64,000 nucleotides of DNA, taken from the NCBI GenBank assembly GCA_013115145.1, contig JAAPAO010000103.1, positions 1 through 64,000 of the forward strand, in the 5' to 3' direction. Below, piece after piece: positions 1 through 10,991 of this stretch; the first letter of the stretch is position 1, and each line of letters starts with the position of its first letter. Position numbers and translations under genes: made by a program. Below the pieces are notes generated by a model that searched no databases, was not told where the DNA came from, and saw only the letters and a list, made by a program, of their open reading frames with translations. This DNA is from Perkinsus chesapeaki ATCC PRA-425 (lineage: Eukaryota; Protista; Perkinsozoa).

Positions 1-82
1 ATCCACAGATGGAGCCGCCGCACAAACGACACAAAAGGCAGATATACTGAAACCTACATAACTTATCATCATAGCTCGTCAT
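1..82 (-). CDS. Possible N-terminus of a further sugar-transporter copy, running off the window edge
   Basis: ATG at 82 opens a frame MTSYDDKLCRFQYICLLCRLCGGSICG.. to position 1. It has the same strand and similar spacing as the array and loosely resembles TM1 of copy 9 (YACISLLGGVSTG). Confidence 0.3.
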   Translation of the reverse strand, partial: MTSYDDKLCRFQYICLLCRLCGGSICG

Positions 83-454
83 GCCTAGTGGGCACACGAC
101 ATCACCATGTACAGTTAAAATTCCATCGTATACAACAACCCCGACTACGACGTGGGAACACGACCTACTCCGTAAACCTCCGTGCGTGCTAGCTGAGATT
201 GACGGATGCAACTTGCATACGTCTATTTCAGCTACTTGCATGATTCAAGTATTGTAATATATCGATGCTCTTGTTCTGAGCTTGATGCCCTCAAATTTGG
301 GGGGGACAGAACACACAATCCTTATAGCCACCGCCGCTACGCAGGATTACTCGAAATGCACATCCTTAGGAATTAACAACACAATGAAGTGGTAAGGTGA
401 GGAAAACAGAGTATAAACGAGAACGTTGGGAAGACACTAAAATACAGACTAGCA

Positions 455-1936
455 CTAAAACATTTTTTGAATTTCTTCAAGAGTCTTTCCTTTCGTTTCA
501 GGAACCATAAAGTACTCGAATACTGTCATAACTGCACCAACACAGGAGAAGAACCAAAAGGCAGCCTGCATTGAAGTAGCTTGCACGACAGAGTCCAAAA
601 ATAGAATAAATATAAATGCACAAACCCAGTTAACAGTTGTAGTGGCAGCCGATGCTAAACCCCGTGCTTCATCGGGGAAGAGTTCAGAAGCTAGCATCCA
701 TCGAATCGGACCAACACCCCATGAATATGTAAATTGATAACCATAAGATGCAATTAATGCGAGCCAACCCAGGTTATGAGCGTCACCATTACGGTCTAAA
801 TAGAAGAAGAGCCCCATAAGAAACTGACTCAAACACATGCCAGCTGCACTACTTATTATTAGAGGCCGTCTACCTAGACGATCAACCAGATAAAGTGCAG
901 GAAAGTTAGCAAGAGTACTTACAACTCTAACAGTGATTGCCAATACATCAGAATTCTTAAGACCAGCCATTTCAAAGATTGTTGTCTGGAAGAATGTAAG
1001 AGCATTAATACCAGAGAACTGAGTGAATGCCATATTCATTGTACATATTATGAGTTGTTTAGGGCATGATAATAACACCTTAAAACGTGTACGAATATCA
1101 GACTTAGAATTGCATGATGTACGAGCATCACTAACGGCTACTAATGCATTGAGCTCATCATCAATGTATTCTTCTTTGTGATCACCGGCATCAATACCTC
1201 GTATTTTCCGTAAAGTAGCTTCCGCTTCATCCAATTTACCACGGGTTGCCAACCATCGAGGTGTTTCCGGGGCCAAGAACATGGTAATAAATAATATACC
1301 TCCAGGAATAAGACATAAATAAGCCACAAGTCTCCAATTGCAGAATGTAGATGTCGAGGCAAGAGAATCAATTGAACCAGCTTGAGTTCTACATGCGGCT
1401 CCAAAGATATATATAAGTAGAATTCCCAAGCCCATCATAAGTTGCGTACATGCCCCAAAGAGACCCCGAAATCTTGTGGGTGCCATCTCACCAATGTAGA
1501 CTGAACAAACAAAGGAGCATACACCCATTGACACTCCTGCTATGATCCGAGCAATAATTAGAAGTACCGGGCTACTGCCAAGAGCGATCATTAAATATGG
1601 TGCCATTTCGAGAGGAGCCGCAATTAAAAGGGCTAACCGTCGACCAGTGAACTCTGTAATTGGACCACTCGATAGAGTACCAGCAAGAGCACCTAGACTA
1701 AGGGCAGCACTGAAGAAACTAGCCTCCATCGGATCATCAAAGACATAATAAGATGATTGGCTTCCTATATCGATGTGTTTACCATTAGGATCAAGTACCG
1801 TGTTTCTCATTGTATCGATTGTTGGTGCAGTAAAACCGGTAGAGAGTCCGACTGTTAATGGTGCCGGTAAAACTGCCAATACTGCTAATATTCCTCGCCA
1901 ATCTGGGCCTAGAACTTTTTTCCAAAAGGATGACAT
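455..1936 (-). CDS. MFS sugar porter (hexose/GLUT8-ERD6-Tret1-like) transporter, copy 1, intronless
   Basis: 499-aa ORF with 12-TM pattern and family motifs GRR, YIGEMAP..RG, PETPRWL, DRLGRR, GPIRW..SELFP, PETKGKTLEEI. First ATG is at 1936; the ORF-track start at 1954 is TTG. Confidence 0.93.
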   Translation of the reverse strand: MSSFWKKVLGPDWRGILAVLAVLPAPLTVGLSTGFTAPTIDTMRNTVLDPNGKHIDIGSQSSYYVFDDPMEASFFSAALSLGALAGTLSSGPITEFTGRRLALLIAAPLEMAPYLMIALGSSPVLLIIARIIAGVSMGVCSFVCSVYIGEMAPTRFRGLFGACTQLMMGLGILLIYIFGAACRTQAGSIDSLASTSTFCNWRLVAYLCLIPGGILFITMFLAPETPRWLATRGKLDEAEATLRKIRGIDAGDHKEEYIDDELNALVAVSDARTSCNSKSDIRTRFKVLLSCPKQLIICTMNMAFTQFSGINALTFFQTTIFEMAGLKNSDVLAITVRVVSTLANFPALYLVDRLGRRPLIISSAAGMCLSQFLMGLFFYLDRNGDAHNLGWLALIASYGYQFTYSWGVGPIRWMLASELFPDEARGLASAATTTVNWVCAFIFILFLDSVVQATSMQAAFWFFSCVGAVMTVFEYFMVPETKGKTLEEIQKMF

Positions 1937-2272
1937 GATAAGTGAACGAACCAATTGACTGTATGATATGTAACCCTATCCGATCCTCCCGGTGCCTGTC
2001 TTATTCGTGCGCATTCGCAAGGGGACAGCCGAACACAATTAGCTATAACCAGTTAACTAGTCTAATATCACGATCAGCTCCTTTTTGTACACTCAGAAAC
2101 GCAAAAAAGTATATATGTGAATGGAACACAGAATTCAGAGACCTCATCGAATGTATTTGGCTTTAAGCCATTGGCTACAATTAGTGTTCGTAAGTAATAC
2201 CCGATAATGTTCTAACGAACGTATTATATCAAGTCTAATATTCGGTAACCATAAATAATTCTGTAGCGGCTT

Positions 2273-3760
2273 CTATCTTTTGGATGACACTTGGATTTCC
2301 TCGGTCGTCTTACCTCTTGTCTCTGGTATAAGATACCATGCGAAAGCTGTCATGACCCCAGCCACGCAGGCAAAAAAATAGAAAACGGTTTGAGGCGAGG
2401 TCTCCTTAATAGCAGTTTCTAGAACAACTACGGTCAGAAATGCAAAGAACCAGTTAGCAGAAGCAGCAAGACTTGATGCTAGTCCTCTTGCCTCATCAGG
2501 AAACAATTCGGCAGCTACCATCCAACGTATAGGGCCAACACCCCAAGCATATGTGATTTGATAACAGTATGAGGCTACAGCGGCCATCCAGGCAATATTG
2601 GTCCCAGCAACTCGATTGACAAGGAACGTCGTAGCGATCAAAAACAAGTTTAAGCACATACCGGCGGCGCTAGAAACTAGGAGTAGTCGGCGGCCTACAC
2701 GATTTATTACACATGAGGTTAGGAGATTGGATATAATTGTACCAAGTTGTACAGCGAGCGCCTGTACGTCTGCGTTTTTTACACCAGCCATAAGAAATAT
2801 CGTAGTCTGGAAAAATACCATAGCATTGACACCACTCAGCTGAGTCATAGCATTTAGACCGACAGCGATGATAATCTGCCTCCGATAAGACAGAAGGATT
2901 TTAACACGAGAGAGGAATCCTACGGCCCCACCGGATCGGTGGTTCTCCAAGGCTAGTGTGTCATTCACAACATCATCAGGGTTACTCCTTATACGAGTAA
3001 TAATAGTACGTGCTTCATCTATACGACCCCGGGTAGCCAACCAACTTGGAGATTCAACTGCGAATAACATAGTTAAAATTAACAAGGTAGGAGGAATAAT
3101 ACAAATAAAAGATACCAAACGCCAGTTGCAGAATGTAGTTGAAGTGACCAAAGGATGCAAAGATCCAGCGTTAGTCCTTGCCGACCAACCAAATGCATAT
3201 GCGAGAAAAATGCCCACAGCAAGCATCGTCTGGGTATATGTTCCTATTGGACCCTGTAATGTCGCTGGTACTATTTCCCTCATGTAGACTGGAGTTACAA
3301 ATGCACAAAGACCTAACGACAAACCATTCACGAAGCGAGAAGCGATAAGAAGATACGGGCTGCTACCAAATCCAATACCCAAATATCCTAAAACACTGAG
3401 TGGGGCGGCAATAAGTAAAGCAAGACGTCTACCGGTAGCCTCGGCAACTGGACCTCCTGATAATGTACCAATAAGAGCACCAAGAGTCAGAGCAGCACTG
3501 AAAAGGCTAGAAGCTGTTGTAGACTTTAAAACGTATAGATTAGACTCTGATCCAATATCTATATGACTACCATCAGGGGCTAATACTGAGTTACGCATAG
3601 TATCAATTGTCGAACCAGTGAAGCCAATACTCACGCCGCCAGACAGAGGGCCAAGCATTGCCGAACATGCACATATAACAGCGAACAGCGTTCCCGTGGG
3701 GCGGGGTAGATTAAGTGATGACATGGTGAAGTGTGAAGCCGCTAAAGACGAGAGTATCAT
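2273..3760 (-). CDS. MFS sugar porter, copy 2, intronless
   Basis: ESPSWL, NRVGRR, AELFPDEARG, PETRGKTTEEI motifs. Start is uncertain (ATG at 3760 or 3724). Confidence 0.92.
   Translation of the reverse strand: MILSSLAASHFTMSSLNLPRPTGTLFAVICACSAMLGPLSGGVSIGFTGSTIDTMRNSVLAPDGSHIDIGSESNLYVLKSTTASSLFSAALTLGALIGTLSGGPVAEATGRRLALLIAAPLSVLGYLGIGFGSSPYLLIASRFVNGLSLGLCAFVTPVYMREIVPATLQGPIGTYTQTMLAVGIFLAYAFGWSARTNAGSLHPLVTSTTFCNWRLVSFICIIPPTLLILTMLFAVESPSWLATRGRIDEARTIITRIRSNPDDVVNDTLALENHRSGGAVGFLSRVKILLSYRRQIIIAVGLNAMTQLSGVNAMVFFQTTIFLMAGVKNADVQALAVQLGTIISNLLTSCVINRVGRRLLLVSSAAGMCLNLFLIATTFLVNRVAGTNIAWMAAVASYCYQITYAWGVGPIRWMVAAELFPDEARGLASSLAASANWFFAFLTVVVLETAIKETSPQTVFYFFACVAGVMTAFAWYLIPETRGKTTEEIQVSSKR
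2465..2573. repeat. 109-bp tract identical to 4223-4331 (copies 2 and 3)
   Basis: Read base by base as identical; the flanks diverge immediately. Confidence 0.9.
3388..3627. repeat. 240-bp tract near-identical to 5167-5406 (copies 2 and 3)
   Basis: One mismatch seen (3443 g vs 5222 a). Confidence 0.9.
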
Positions 3761-4033
3761 ATAAAGCAATGATCATTTTATCAGGAACAAATTATTATTC
3801 GGATAACCAAGTTATCCTATAATCTAAATGCGAAAGCGCCAAATATTATCTACTTCGCACATTCAAAGACCCTTCAGACTCAATATCTTATCCACTGAGG
3901 AGAAACTGAATTTCGACAGTAGAGTAACTAAAGGATCTCAGCCACGAGTGAACCAACATAATTATATATTTGGCTGAAGCAATGCAATTTGAAGAAGCCG
4001 TAGCTAAACACAGAGCAATAATGACTTGTAGCT

Positions 4034-5509
4034 TCAAGAGAATATACTTTGAATTTCTTCCAACGTTTTGCCTTTTGTTTCCGGTACCATATACCACTCG
4101 AAGGCAGTCATCAAAGCAGCTACGCAAGCAAAGAAATAGAAAACGGCCTGAAGCGAAGTGGCTTTAATGACAGAATCTAGAAATAGAATGAACAAGAAGG
4201 CACAGAACCAGTTAGAGGTAGTAGCAAGACTTGATGCTAGTCCTCTTGCCTCATCAGGAAACAATTCGGCAGCTACCATCCAACGTATAGGGCCAACACC
4301 CCAAGCATATGTGATTTGATAACAGTATGAGCCCAGCAAGATTAACCATCCGAGATTTTCAGCTTCACCATCTCGATCAATGTAGAAGAACGTACCAATC
4401 ATCAATTGACTTATACACATTCCAATGCTACTGCTTATCAAAAGTGGCCTTCTTCCAACACGATCCATCAGAAAACAAGCAACCACATTAGCAATAACAG
4501 TAGAGAGTTGAACGGTTAAAGCCAGAATATCAGCATCATCCAAGCCAGCTTCAAGAAAGAAGGTTGTTTGATAAAAGGCAAGAGCATTGAGGCCAGTGAA
4601 TTGGGTAAGACCATTTAGAGCAATAGCTATAACAGCCTGCCTCTTACAGGACCATAGAACAGATAATCGGGATTTAAGACTGTCCTTCTTCTCGCCTCTA
4701 GCTCCTGCTATAGCTTCTAATGCATCCATCTCCGCTATGAGACTTTTATCACACTCATCATCACCACGAAGGAGTACGAGGGTACTACGTGCCTCATCTA
4801 GACGTCCTCGAGTAGCTAACCACCTAGGAGACTCTACCGCCAACATCATTAAACAGAACAACATTCCTGGAGGTATGATGCAAATAAAGGCGACTAATCT
4901 CCAATTGCAAAACGTAGATGATGTAGCTAAAGGATCAAGGGAACCAGCACTAGTTTTCATACCCAAACAGATTGCATAGACAAGTGTGATCCCTCCTGCC
5001 ATCATCAATTGTGTACATGCACCAAGGAAACCACGATACTTATTCGGCGACACTTCACTGATATAAACGGATGATACAAAGGAACATATACCCATAGAGA
5101 AACCAGCAACTAGTCTGGCAACAACTAGGAGATAAGGACTATGACCAAGGGCAATACCAAGATACGCTAAAACACTGAGTGGGGCGGCAATAAGTAAAGC
5201 AAGACGTCTACCGGTAGCCTCAGCAACTGGACCTCCTGATAATGTACCAATAAGAGCACCAAGAGTCAGAGCAGCACTGAAAAGGCTAGAAGCTGTTGTA
5301 GACTTTAAAACGTATAGATTAGACTCTGATCCAATATCTATATGACTACCATCAGGGGCTAATACTGAGTTACGCATAGTATCAATTGTCGAACCAGTGA
5401 AGCCAAGGCCTAGTCCAACAGTTAAAGGCCCCAATAAGGAAGCACATGCGCAGAATACAGCGAAAGCATCGCCTGATAATCGCAATAGTGCAGGAGTGGC
5501 ACAAAGCAT
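4034..5509 (-). CDS. MFS sugar porter, copy 3, intronless
   Basis: 491-aa ORF; ESPRWL, DRVGRR, PETKGKTLEEI motifs. Confidence 0.93.
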   Translation of the reverse strand: MLCATPALLRLSGDAFAVFCACASLLGPLTVGLGLGFTGSTIDTMRNSVLAPDGSHIDIGSESNLYVLKSTTASSLFSAALTLGALIGTLSGGPVAEATGRRLALLIAAPLSVLAYLGIALGHSPYLLVVARLVAGFSMGICSFVSSVYISEVSPNKYRGFLGACTQLMMAGGITLVYAICLGMKTSAGSLDPLATSSTFCNWRLVAFICIIPPGMLFCLMMLAVESPRWLATRGRLDEARSTLVLLRGDDECDKSLIAEMDALEAIAGARGEKKDSLKSRLSVLWSCKRQAVIAIALNGLTQFTGLNALAFYQTTFFLEAGLDDADILALTVQLSTVIANVVACFLMDRVGRRPLLISSSIGMCISQLMIGTFFYIDRDGEAENLGWLILLGSYCYQITYAWGVGPIRWMVAAELFPDEARGLASSLATTSNWFCAFLFILFLDSVIKATSLQAVFYFFACVAALMTAFEWYMVPETKGKTLEEIQSIFS

Positions 5510-5629
5510 GAAGGAGAGAAATAAACTAACATATGTTATATATGCCTGAACTCAAAATACATGGTAGTAACATTCAAACACTGATTTACATAATAAAGTA
5601 CTAGAAATAATTAATGATTCAAAAATGGT

Positions 5630-7135
5630 TTAAGTATGCGTAATGGTCGAATAGAACAATCGTCTTATATCCTCGAAACTTTTCCCTTTAGTTTCCGGTA
5701 CTCCAATCCATACAAAGCATGTTATAAAAGCGCTAACTGCCGAGAAAAACCAAAAGATAGCTTGACGAGATGTACTCTCGGTAATGATATCAATAGAAAG
5801 AATAATAATAAAAAGGGTTAACCAACTTGCCATAGTAGCAATACCCGCTGCTATGCTCCTGCAACTATCTGGGAATATTTCAGCAACTAAAAGCCATCGG
5901 ATGGGTCCAACACCAAATGCATAGAATAAATTATATCCATATGCACCAACAACTGATAACCATCCAAAAGCGGCATTATCCATGAAGAAATAGGTACCGA
6001 TAATAGCTAAACTGATGCACATTCCAATACTACTGAGTAGGAGGAGCGGGCGACGGCCAGAACGCTCAACTAATAAACAAGCAGGAATAATAGCAATGGC
6101 GGTAGCTAGCTGCACAGTAACCGCCATTAGGTCCGGGTAACTTAAATGGGCGTCTTGAAATATTGTTACCAGATAAAAAGCAATTACGTCAAGACCACTC
6201 AATTGTGTAAGAACTTGAATTGTAATAGCTATCAGAAGCTGCTTTTTACATGAGAGGAGTTCCCTAAGACGTACAACAAAGCGAGTACCATGGTCAGATG
6301 AACTAGTGAGATCTATCATCTCACTGCTAATACGGGGATCACTTGCAGTATGGCATCCTCTTATTTTGCATAGGATGCGCTGTGCTTCCACCATATGCTG
6401 CCTACTTGCTAACCATCTTGGTGACTCTAGAGCAAAGTACATAGCTATAGCCAAGGCTAGGCATGGTACTATACATACAAAAGATGTTAGTCTCCAATTA
6501 CAAAAGGTATTAGAACTGACCAGTGGATCAGTACTACCACCATCAGTTCTAAATATAAGACCGATTGCATAAGCTGCAGTTATACCAATAACACATGCCA
6601 TCTCATTACATGCTCCCAAAAGACCTCTCAATCTTGTAGGGGCCACTTCACTTATATAAACCGATACAACCGAAGGGCCAATACCAACTGGCAATCCGGC
6701 AATAAATCTTGCTGCTATAAGAAGATACACATTACTGCTGAGGCCGATACTAAGATATGCAGCTACACCTAGAGGAGAGTTAATCGCTAATGCCAAACGA
6801 CGACCAATGCTGTCTGCTAATGGACCAGCCATGAGAGCTCCAACAAGGGCACCAACTGTCAGTGAGGCACTGAAGATACTAGCCGAGAGCTCTTCGAAGA
6901 CGCATAGGCCAGAATTGTCCGGTACAATAAGTGGTGTACCATCAGGAGTTGTTACAGTATTCCTCATGGTATCGATGGTAGGGCTCGTGAAACCAAGACC
7001 TATACCTGCTAGGATAGAAGCTAGAAGTGATCCAACGACACACATCACAGCTACCAGATCATCACATACGTTGTTACAATAATACATGAGTGAAAGGCAT
7101 GTAATATAACAAGGCTGATAACAAGACAAGGTCAT
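5630..7135 (-). CDS. MFS sugar porter, copy 4, intronless
   Basis: DSIGRR, YISEVAP, ESPRWL, PETKGKSFEDI motifs. ATG at 7135. Confidence 0.92.
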   Translation of the reverse strand: MTLSCYQPCYITCLSLMYYCNNVCDDLVAVMCVVGSLLASILAGIGLGFTSPTIDTMRNTVTTPDGTPLIVPDNSGLCVFEELSASIFSASLTVGALVGALMAGPLADSIGRRLALAINSPLGVAAYLSIGLSSNVYLLIAARFIAGLPVGIGPSVVSVYISEVAPTRLRGLLGACNEMACVIGITAAYAIGLIFRTDGGSTDPLVSSNTFCNWRLTSFVCIVPCLALAIAMYFALESPRWLASRQHMVEAQRILCKIRGCHTASDPRISSEMIDLTSSSDHGTRFVVRLRELLSCKKQLLIAITIQVLTQLSGLDVIAFYLVTIFQDAHLSYPDLMAVTVQLATAIAIIPACLLVERSGRRPLLLLSSIGMCISLAIIGTYFFMDNAAFGWLSVVGAYGYNLFYAFGVGPIRWLLVAEIFPDSCRSIAAGIATMASWLTLFIIILSIDIITESTSRQAIFWFFSAVSAFITCFVWIGVPETKGKSFEDIRRLFYSTITHT

Positions 7136-7219
7136 CACTATTTACCCTATCTTAAGAGATAACTCATATACTACTGTTAAAAAGTCAAAACAGCAATGAG
7201 TATATAGTGTATTCAAAAA

Positions 7220-8749
7220 TCAATCTGGAACCACCGGTACCGAGATACTGGAGGAGTTTCTTTTAAAATGCGATTGTATCTCCTCAAAGGTTTTTCCTTT
7301 AGTCTCCGGTACCATAAACCATATAAACGTAGCTAATATCCAACTGGCAGCAGCGAAACCCCAGAAAGTAGCGTAAAGCGAGGTTGCTTCAACAAGAGGG
7401 TCTAAAGCTAATATAAAGGCGAACGCACTTAACCAATTAGCTGTAACTGCCAGGCTTGCTGCAACACCACGTGCTCGACAAGGGAATAATTCAGCAGCTA
7501 ATATCCATCTTATAGGGCCAACACCCCAGGCAAAAGATATTTGATAACCATAAACACCAAGTAATACCAACCAACTAAGAGAGGATATATCTTCATTATT
7601 GCGGTCTAGGTAGAAATATAATGCACTCAGGAATTGACTGATACCCATAATAATACAACCAGTGAATAATAGGACTCTTCGACCAAGATATTCTATAAGA
7701 TAGCTTGCAGGTATAGTAGCAAACATGGTAGCTAACTGAACTGTTAATGACATTAGATCAGCGTTAGATAATCCTGCTTCCATAAAGATAGGCGTAAGGT
7801 AAAAGGCCAATGCATTGAGACCCGATAATTGTGTAAGAAAATGTACCATAATAGCTATAAATGACTGTTTTTTACAATCCATCATAACCTTGACTGTATC
7901 ACGAATTGTGAAGGATTCCACTGTTCGTCGCGAGGCCACACATTCTATTGCATCAATCTCATCTGTCATCATTGATGGTGGTAAACCTCGCAGACGTGCT
8001 AATACCATCTTAGCCTCGTCAACTCGCCCCTTGGTTGCGAGCCATCTAGGGCTTGGAGGAGCAAAATACATTCCAATAAATAATAATAATGAAGGTATAA
8101 TACACATATAAGATACCATCCTCCAGTCACAGAAGGTATCCGACCTTGCGCGAGAATCAATCGAACCAGCATCTGTTCGAAATGCCAATCCCATTGCATA
8201 AATATAAACCATACCACCAGCTAGTAACAACTGTACTCCTGCTCCTAGCATACCCCGATATCTGGTAGGTGATATCTCTCCTATATAAACTGGAGCAATA
8301 AAGGAAGATAAGCCCAAAGCCAAGCCAGCAACAAAACGTGATGATATTAATAACGCAGGGCTTGACGATAAAGCAATAGTGAGATATGCGATAACACTAA
8401 TAGGAGCGGCAATTAGTAGAGCTATTCGTCTACCTGTAAACTCACCAAGTGGTCCACCTATAAGAGATCCAACAAACGCCCCTAATACCAAGGCACCGCT
8501 GAATAATGTACTTATAGTGGTGGAAGAGAAAACAAATAGATTGGAATTAGTTCCTATATCAATGAAGGCATTGCTGCCATCACCACCTTCAGTATCTTTA
8601 ACTGTATTTCTCATTGTATCAATAGTTGGGCCAGTAAAGCCAAGCCCTATACCCATACTCATTGGAGCGAATAAGCAAGCAGCTACGCTAATGAAGGCAT
8701 AACGATCTGATCCATTAGAGGATGATGTTAATGAGTTATCAGCTTGCAT
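7220..8749 (-). CDS. MFS sugar porter, copy 5, intronless
   Basis: 509-aa ORF; YIGEISP, PSPRWL, EYLGRR, PETKGKTFEEI motifs. Confidence 0.93.
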   Translation of the reverse strand: MQADNSLTSSSNGSDRYAFISVAACLFAPMSMGIGLGFTGPTIDTMRNTVKDTEGGDGSNAFIDIGTNSNLFVFSSTTISTLFSGALVLGAFVGSLIGGPLGEFTGRRIALLIAAPISVIAYLTIALSSSPALLISSRFVAGLALGLSSFIAPVYIGEISPTRYRGMLGAGVQLLLAGGMVYIYAMGLAFRTDAGSIDSRARSDTFCDWRMVSYMCIIPSLLLFIGMYFAPPSPRWLATKGRVDEAKMVLARLRGLPPSMMTDEIDAIECVASRRTVESFTIRDTVKVMMDCKKQSFIAIMVHFLTQLSGLNALAFYLTPIFMEAGLSNADLMSLTVQLATMFATIPASYLIEYLGRRVLLFTGCIIMGISQFLSALYFYLDRNNEDISSLSWLVLLGVYGYQISFAWGVGPIRWILAAELFPCRARGVAASLAVTANWLSAFAFILALDPLVEATSLYATFWGFAAASWILATFIWFMVPETKGKTFEEIQSHFKRNSSSISVPVVPD

Positions 8750-9014
8750 CTAAGAGAAGATATTCACAATGGCGGCATTCCATCATCAAACTTGAAGAAT
8801 CACAGACATTACGTTTGAGCTTACTTTAAGATGACCTTACGTATGGAATACAACAGAGCAAACGGGATCACTGAAGGACCATTGCCTGGAGGAACATGGT
8901 CCATTGCTACTTTGGAGCATCAACCAACAGTCGTGCGTAGTTCCCTAAACACAACTCTTGAAATATAGGAAGCTTTCTGAGTAGGGCGACGATACATAAT
9001 GCAAATAGAATGAT

Positions 9015-10592
9015 TTAGTGAACGCTGGCAGAACGAGTGTGACGAGACGCGAATAACTTTTGTATGTCCTCCAAGCTTTTACCTTTAGTTTCGGGTATGA
9101 AAAACCATACAAATAAAGCAAGAGCAACACCGACACAAGCGAAAAACCAAAAAACAGCTTGTAAAGATGTGCCATTAACCGCTGGAGTAAGCAGCTCTAT
9201 GAGAATAAAAGCTGATAGCCAATTAACAGTTGTTGCAAGACTCGATGCCAAGCCCCGAACCTCGTCAGGGAATAGCTCCGCCGATAGCATCCATCTAATA
9301 GGACCAACTCCAGTAGCGAGTGCTATCTGTACTATATAACAAGCTAATATGGGTAACCATGATATGTTAGTAGTGGTTCCATTACGGTCCAAATAAAAGA
9401 ATAATCCAAGAAGGAATTGACCTAAAGCCATACCAAGGCTACTCCATAATAACAATGGCCTTCTACCCAATCTATCAACTAGAAAGCATGCAATAAGGTT
9501 AGCCACTGCAGTAACTAGTTGTACAGTTAATGCCATAATATTAGCATCATCTAAACCAGCTAACTGAAAGAATGTCGTCTGATAGAAAGCAAGTGCATTG
9601 ATACCAATAAATTGAGTGAAGGCTTGTATACCGCATGCTATGAGACATTGACGTTTACAAGAGAACAGCAGTTTAATCCGACTTCTTAATGACATATTAT
9701 TGTTATCGCATACTGCATCATCATCATTGCTACGATGACCAGCTACACTCTTTAGAATATCTTTTTCAGGACCCAACCTAGGATCATCAATCGAAGTTCC
9801 TCGAATCATAGCAAGAGTCTTTTCTGCTTCATCCAGTCTACCTCTAGTTGCTAACCATCTCGGCGTCTCTGGGGATATCAACAAAGCTAGGAATAGTAAA
9901 CCACATGGTATCATGCAGTAATATGATAATGTTCTCCAATCACAGAATGTATCAGAATTCACTGAAGGGTCAGAGGATCCTGCATTAGTTCTAGTACCAA
10001 TACCGATTGCATAAACTAAGGATGCACCCAAAGCATAACATAATTGATTGCATGCACCAAGTATACCACGTAGATGAGTAGGGGCAATCTCGCTTATATA
10101 AACACCTGTCACAAAGGAGCCAATTCCCATACCAATACCAGCAAAGAATCGGAATACGACAAGAATGACAGCACTATGACCTAGTGCAATAATTAAGTAT
10201 GATAATGTACTTATCGGGGATGATAACATTAGAGCATAACGTCGACCTAAAGGTTCGGCGATAGGACCACCAACAAGTGAACCGACAAGAGCACCCAACG
10301 TAAATACTGCACTAAAAAAGCTAGATATACCAGAAGTATGAAATATATATAGATCAGAGGTTGTAGGGATAGGAATATGTTCACCCGTTGTTGGTGAAAC
10401 TACGGTATTACTCATAGTATCTATAGTAGGGCTAGTATATCCGAGACCAACACCTGCTATAACAGGTGCTAATAAACATGCAAAACAAGATAGTACTGCA
10501 CAGGCATCTTTACCAAGATGTTCTACCATAAGGTAAGATATCTTATCACAAAGGTTAGATGTTTTACCCTTTTTGGGAATACAACCATTCAT
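9015..10592 (-). CDS. MFS sugar porter, copy 6, intronless
   Basis: 525-aa ORF; YISEIAP, PETPRWL, DRLGRR, PETKGKSLEDI motifs. Confidence 0.93.
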   Translation of the reverse strand: MNGCIPKKGKTSNLCDKISYLMVEHLGKDACAVLSCFACLLAPVIAGVGLGYTSPTIDTMSNTVVSPTTGEHIPIPTTSDLYIFHTSGISSFFSAVFTLGALVGSLVGGPIAEPLGRRYALMLSSPISTLSYLIIALGHSAVILVVFRFFAGIGMGIGSFVTGVYISEIAPTHLRGILGACNQLCYALGASLVYAIGIGTRTNAGSSDPSVNSDTFCDWRTLSYYCMIPCGLLFLALLISPETPRWLATRGRLDEAEKTLAMIRGTSIDDPRLGPEKDILKSVAGHRSNDDDAVCDNNNMSLRSRIKLLFSCKRQCLIACGIQAFTQFIGINALAFYQTTFFQLAGLDDANIMALTVQLVTAVANLIACFLVDRLGRRPLLLWSSLGMALGQFLLGLFFYLDRNGTTTNISWLPILACYIVQIALATGVGPIRWMLSAELFPDEVRGLASSLATTVNWLSAFILIELLTPAVNGTSLQAVFWFFACVGVALALFVWFFIPETKGKSLEDIQKLFASRHTRSASVH

Positions 10593-10991
10593 TAAAGATA
10601 ACAGAACTGGAATGAGGAATTACTCAGGGGCGAGATATACCTTGTGTTGATGACAGATGATGATAGATCAACGCAACATTTTGCTTTTGAACGATAATCA
10701 ACTAAATCGCTACATGGCCGAGAACAACAAAGGGAGTGTATGAGACGATTCATTCATATAACCATATCAGGCTACCGTTTGAGGATCGATTATCCAAGGC
10801 GATGATGAAGCGCCTATTAAGAAAGGTGGAATAGTATCAACAAAATTCCAGGGCATGACTTTTCATTATCTCCACAGCTTTGGTAACTATGTTATTTGAG
10901 GACATCAAGTAACATAATTCAAGCTAACTGACATCGTTATCCTCTAGTGCTTAACAAACAGTGATGCGACATATAAATATCGGGGACTAAG

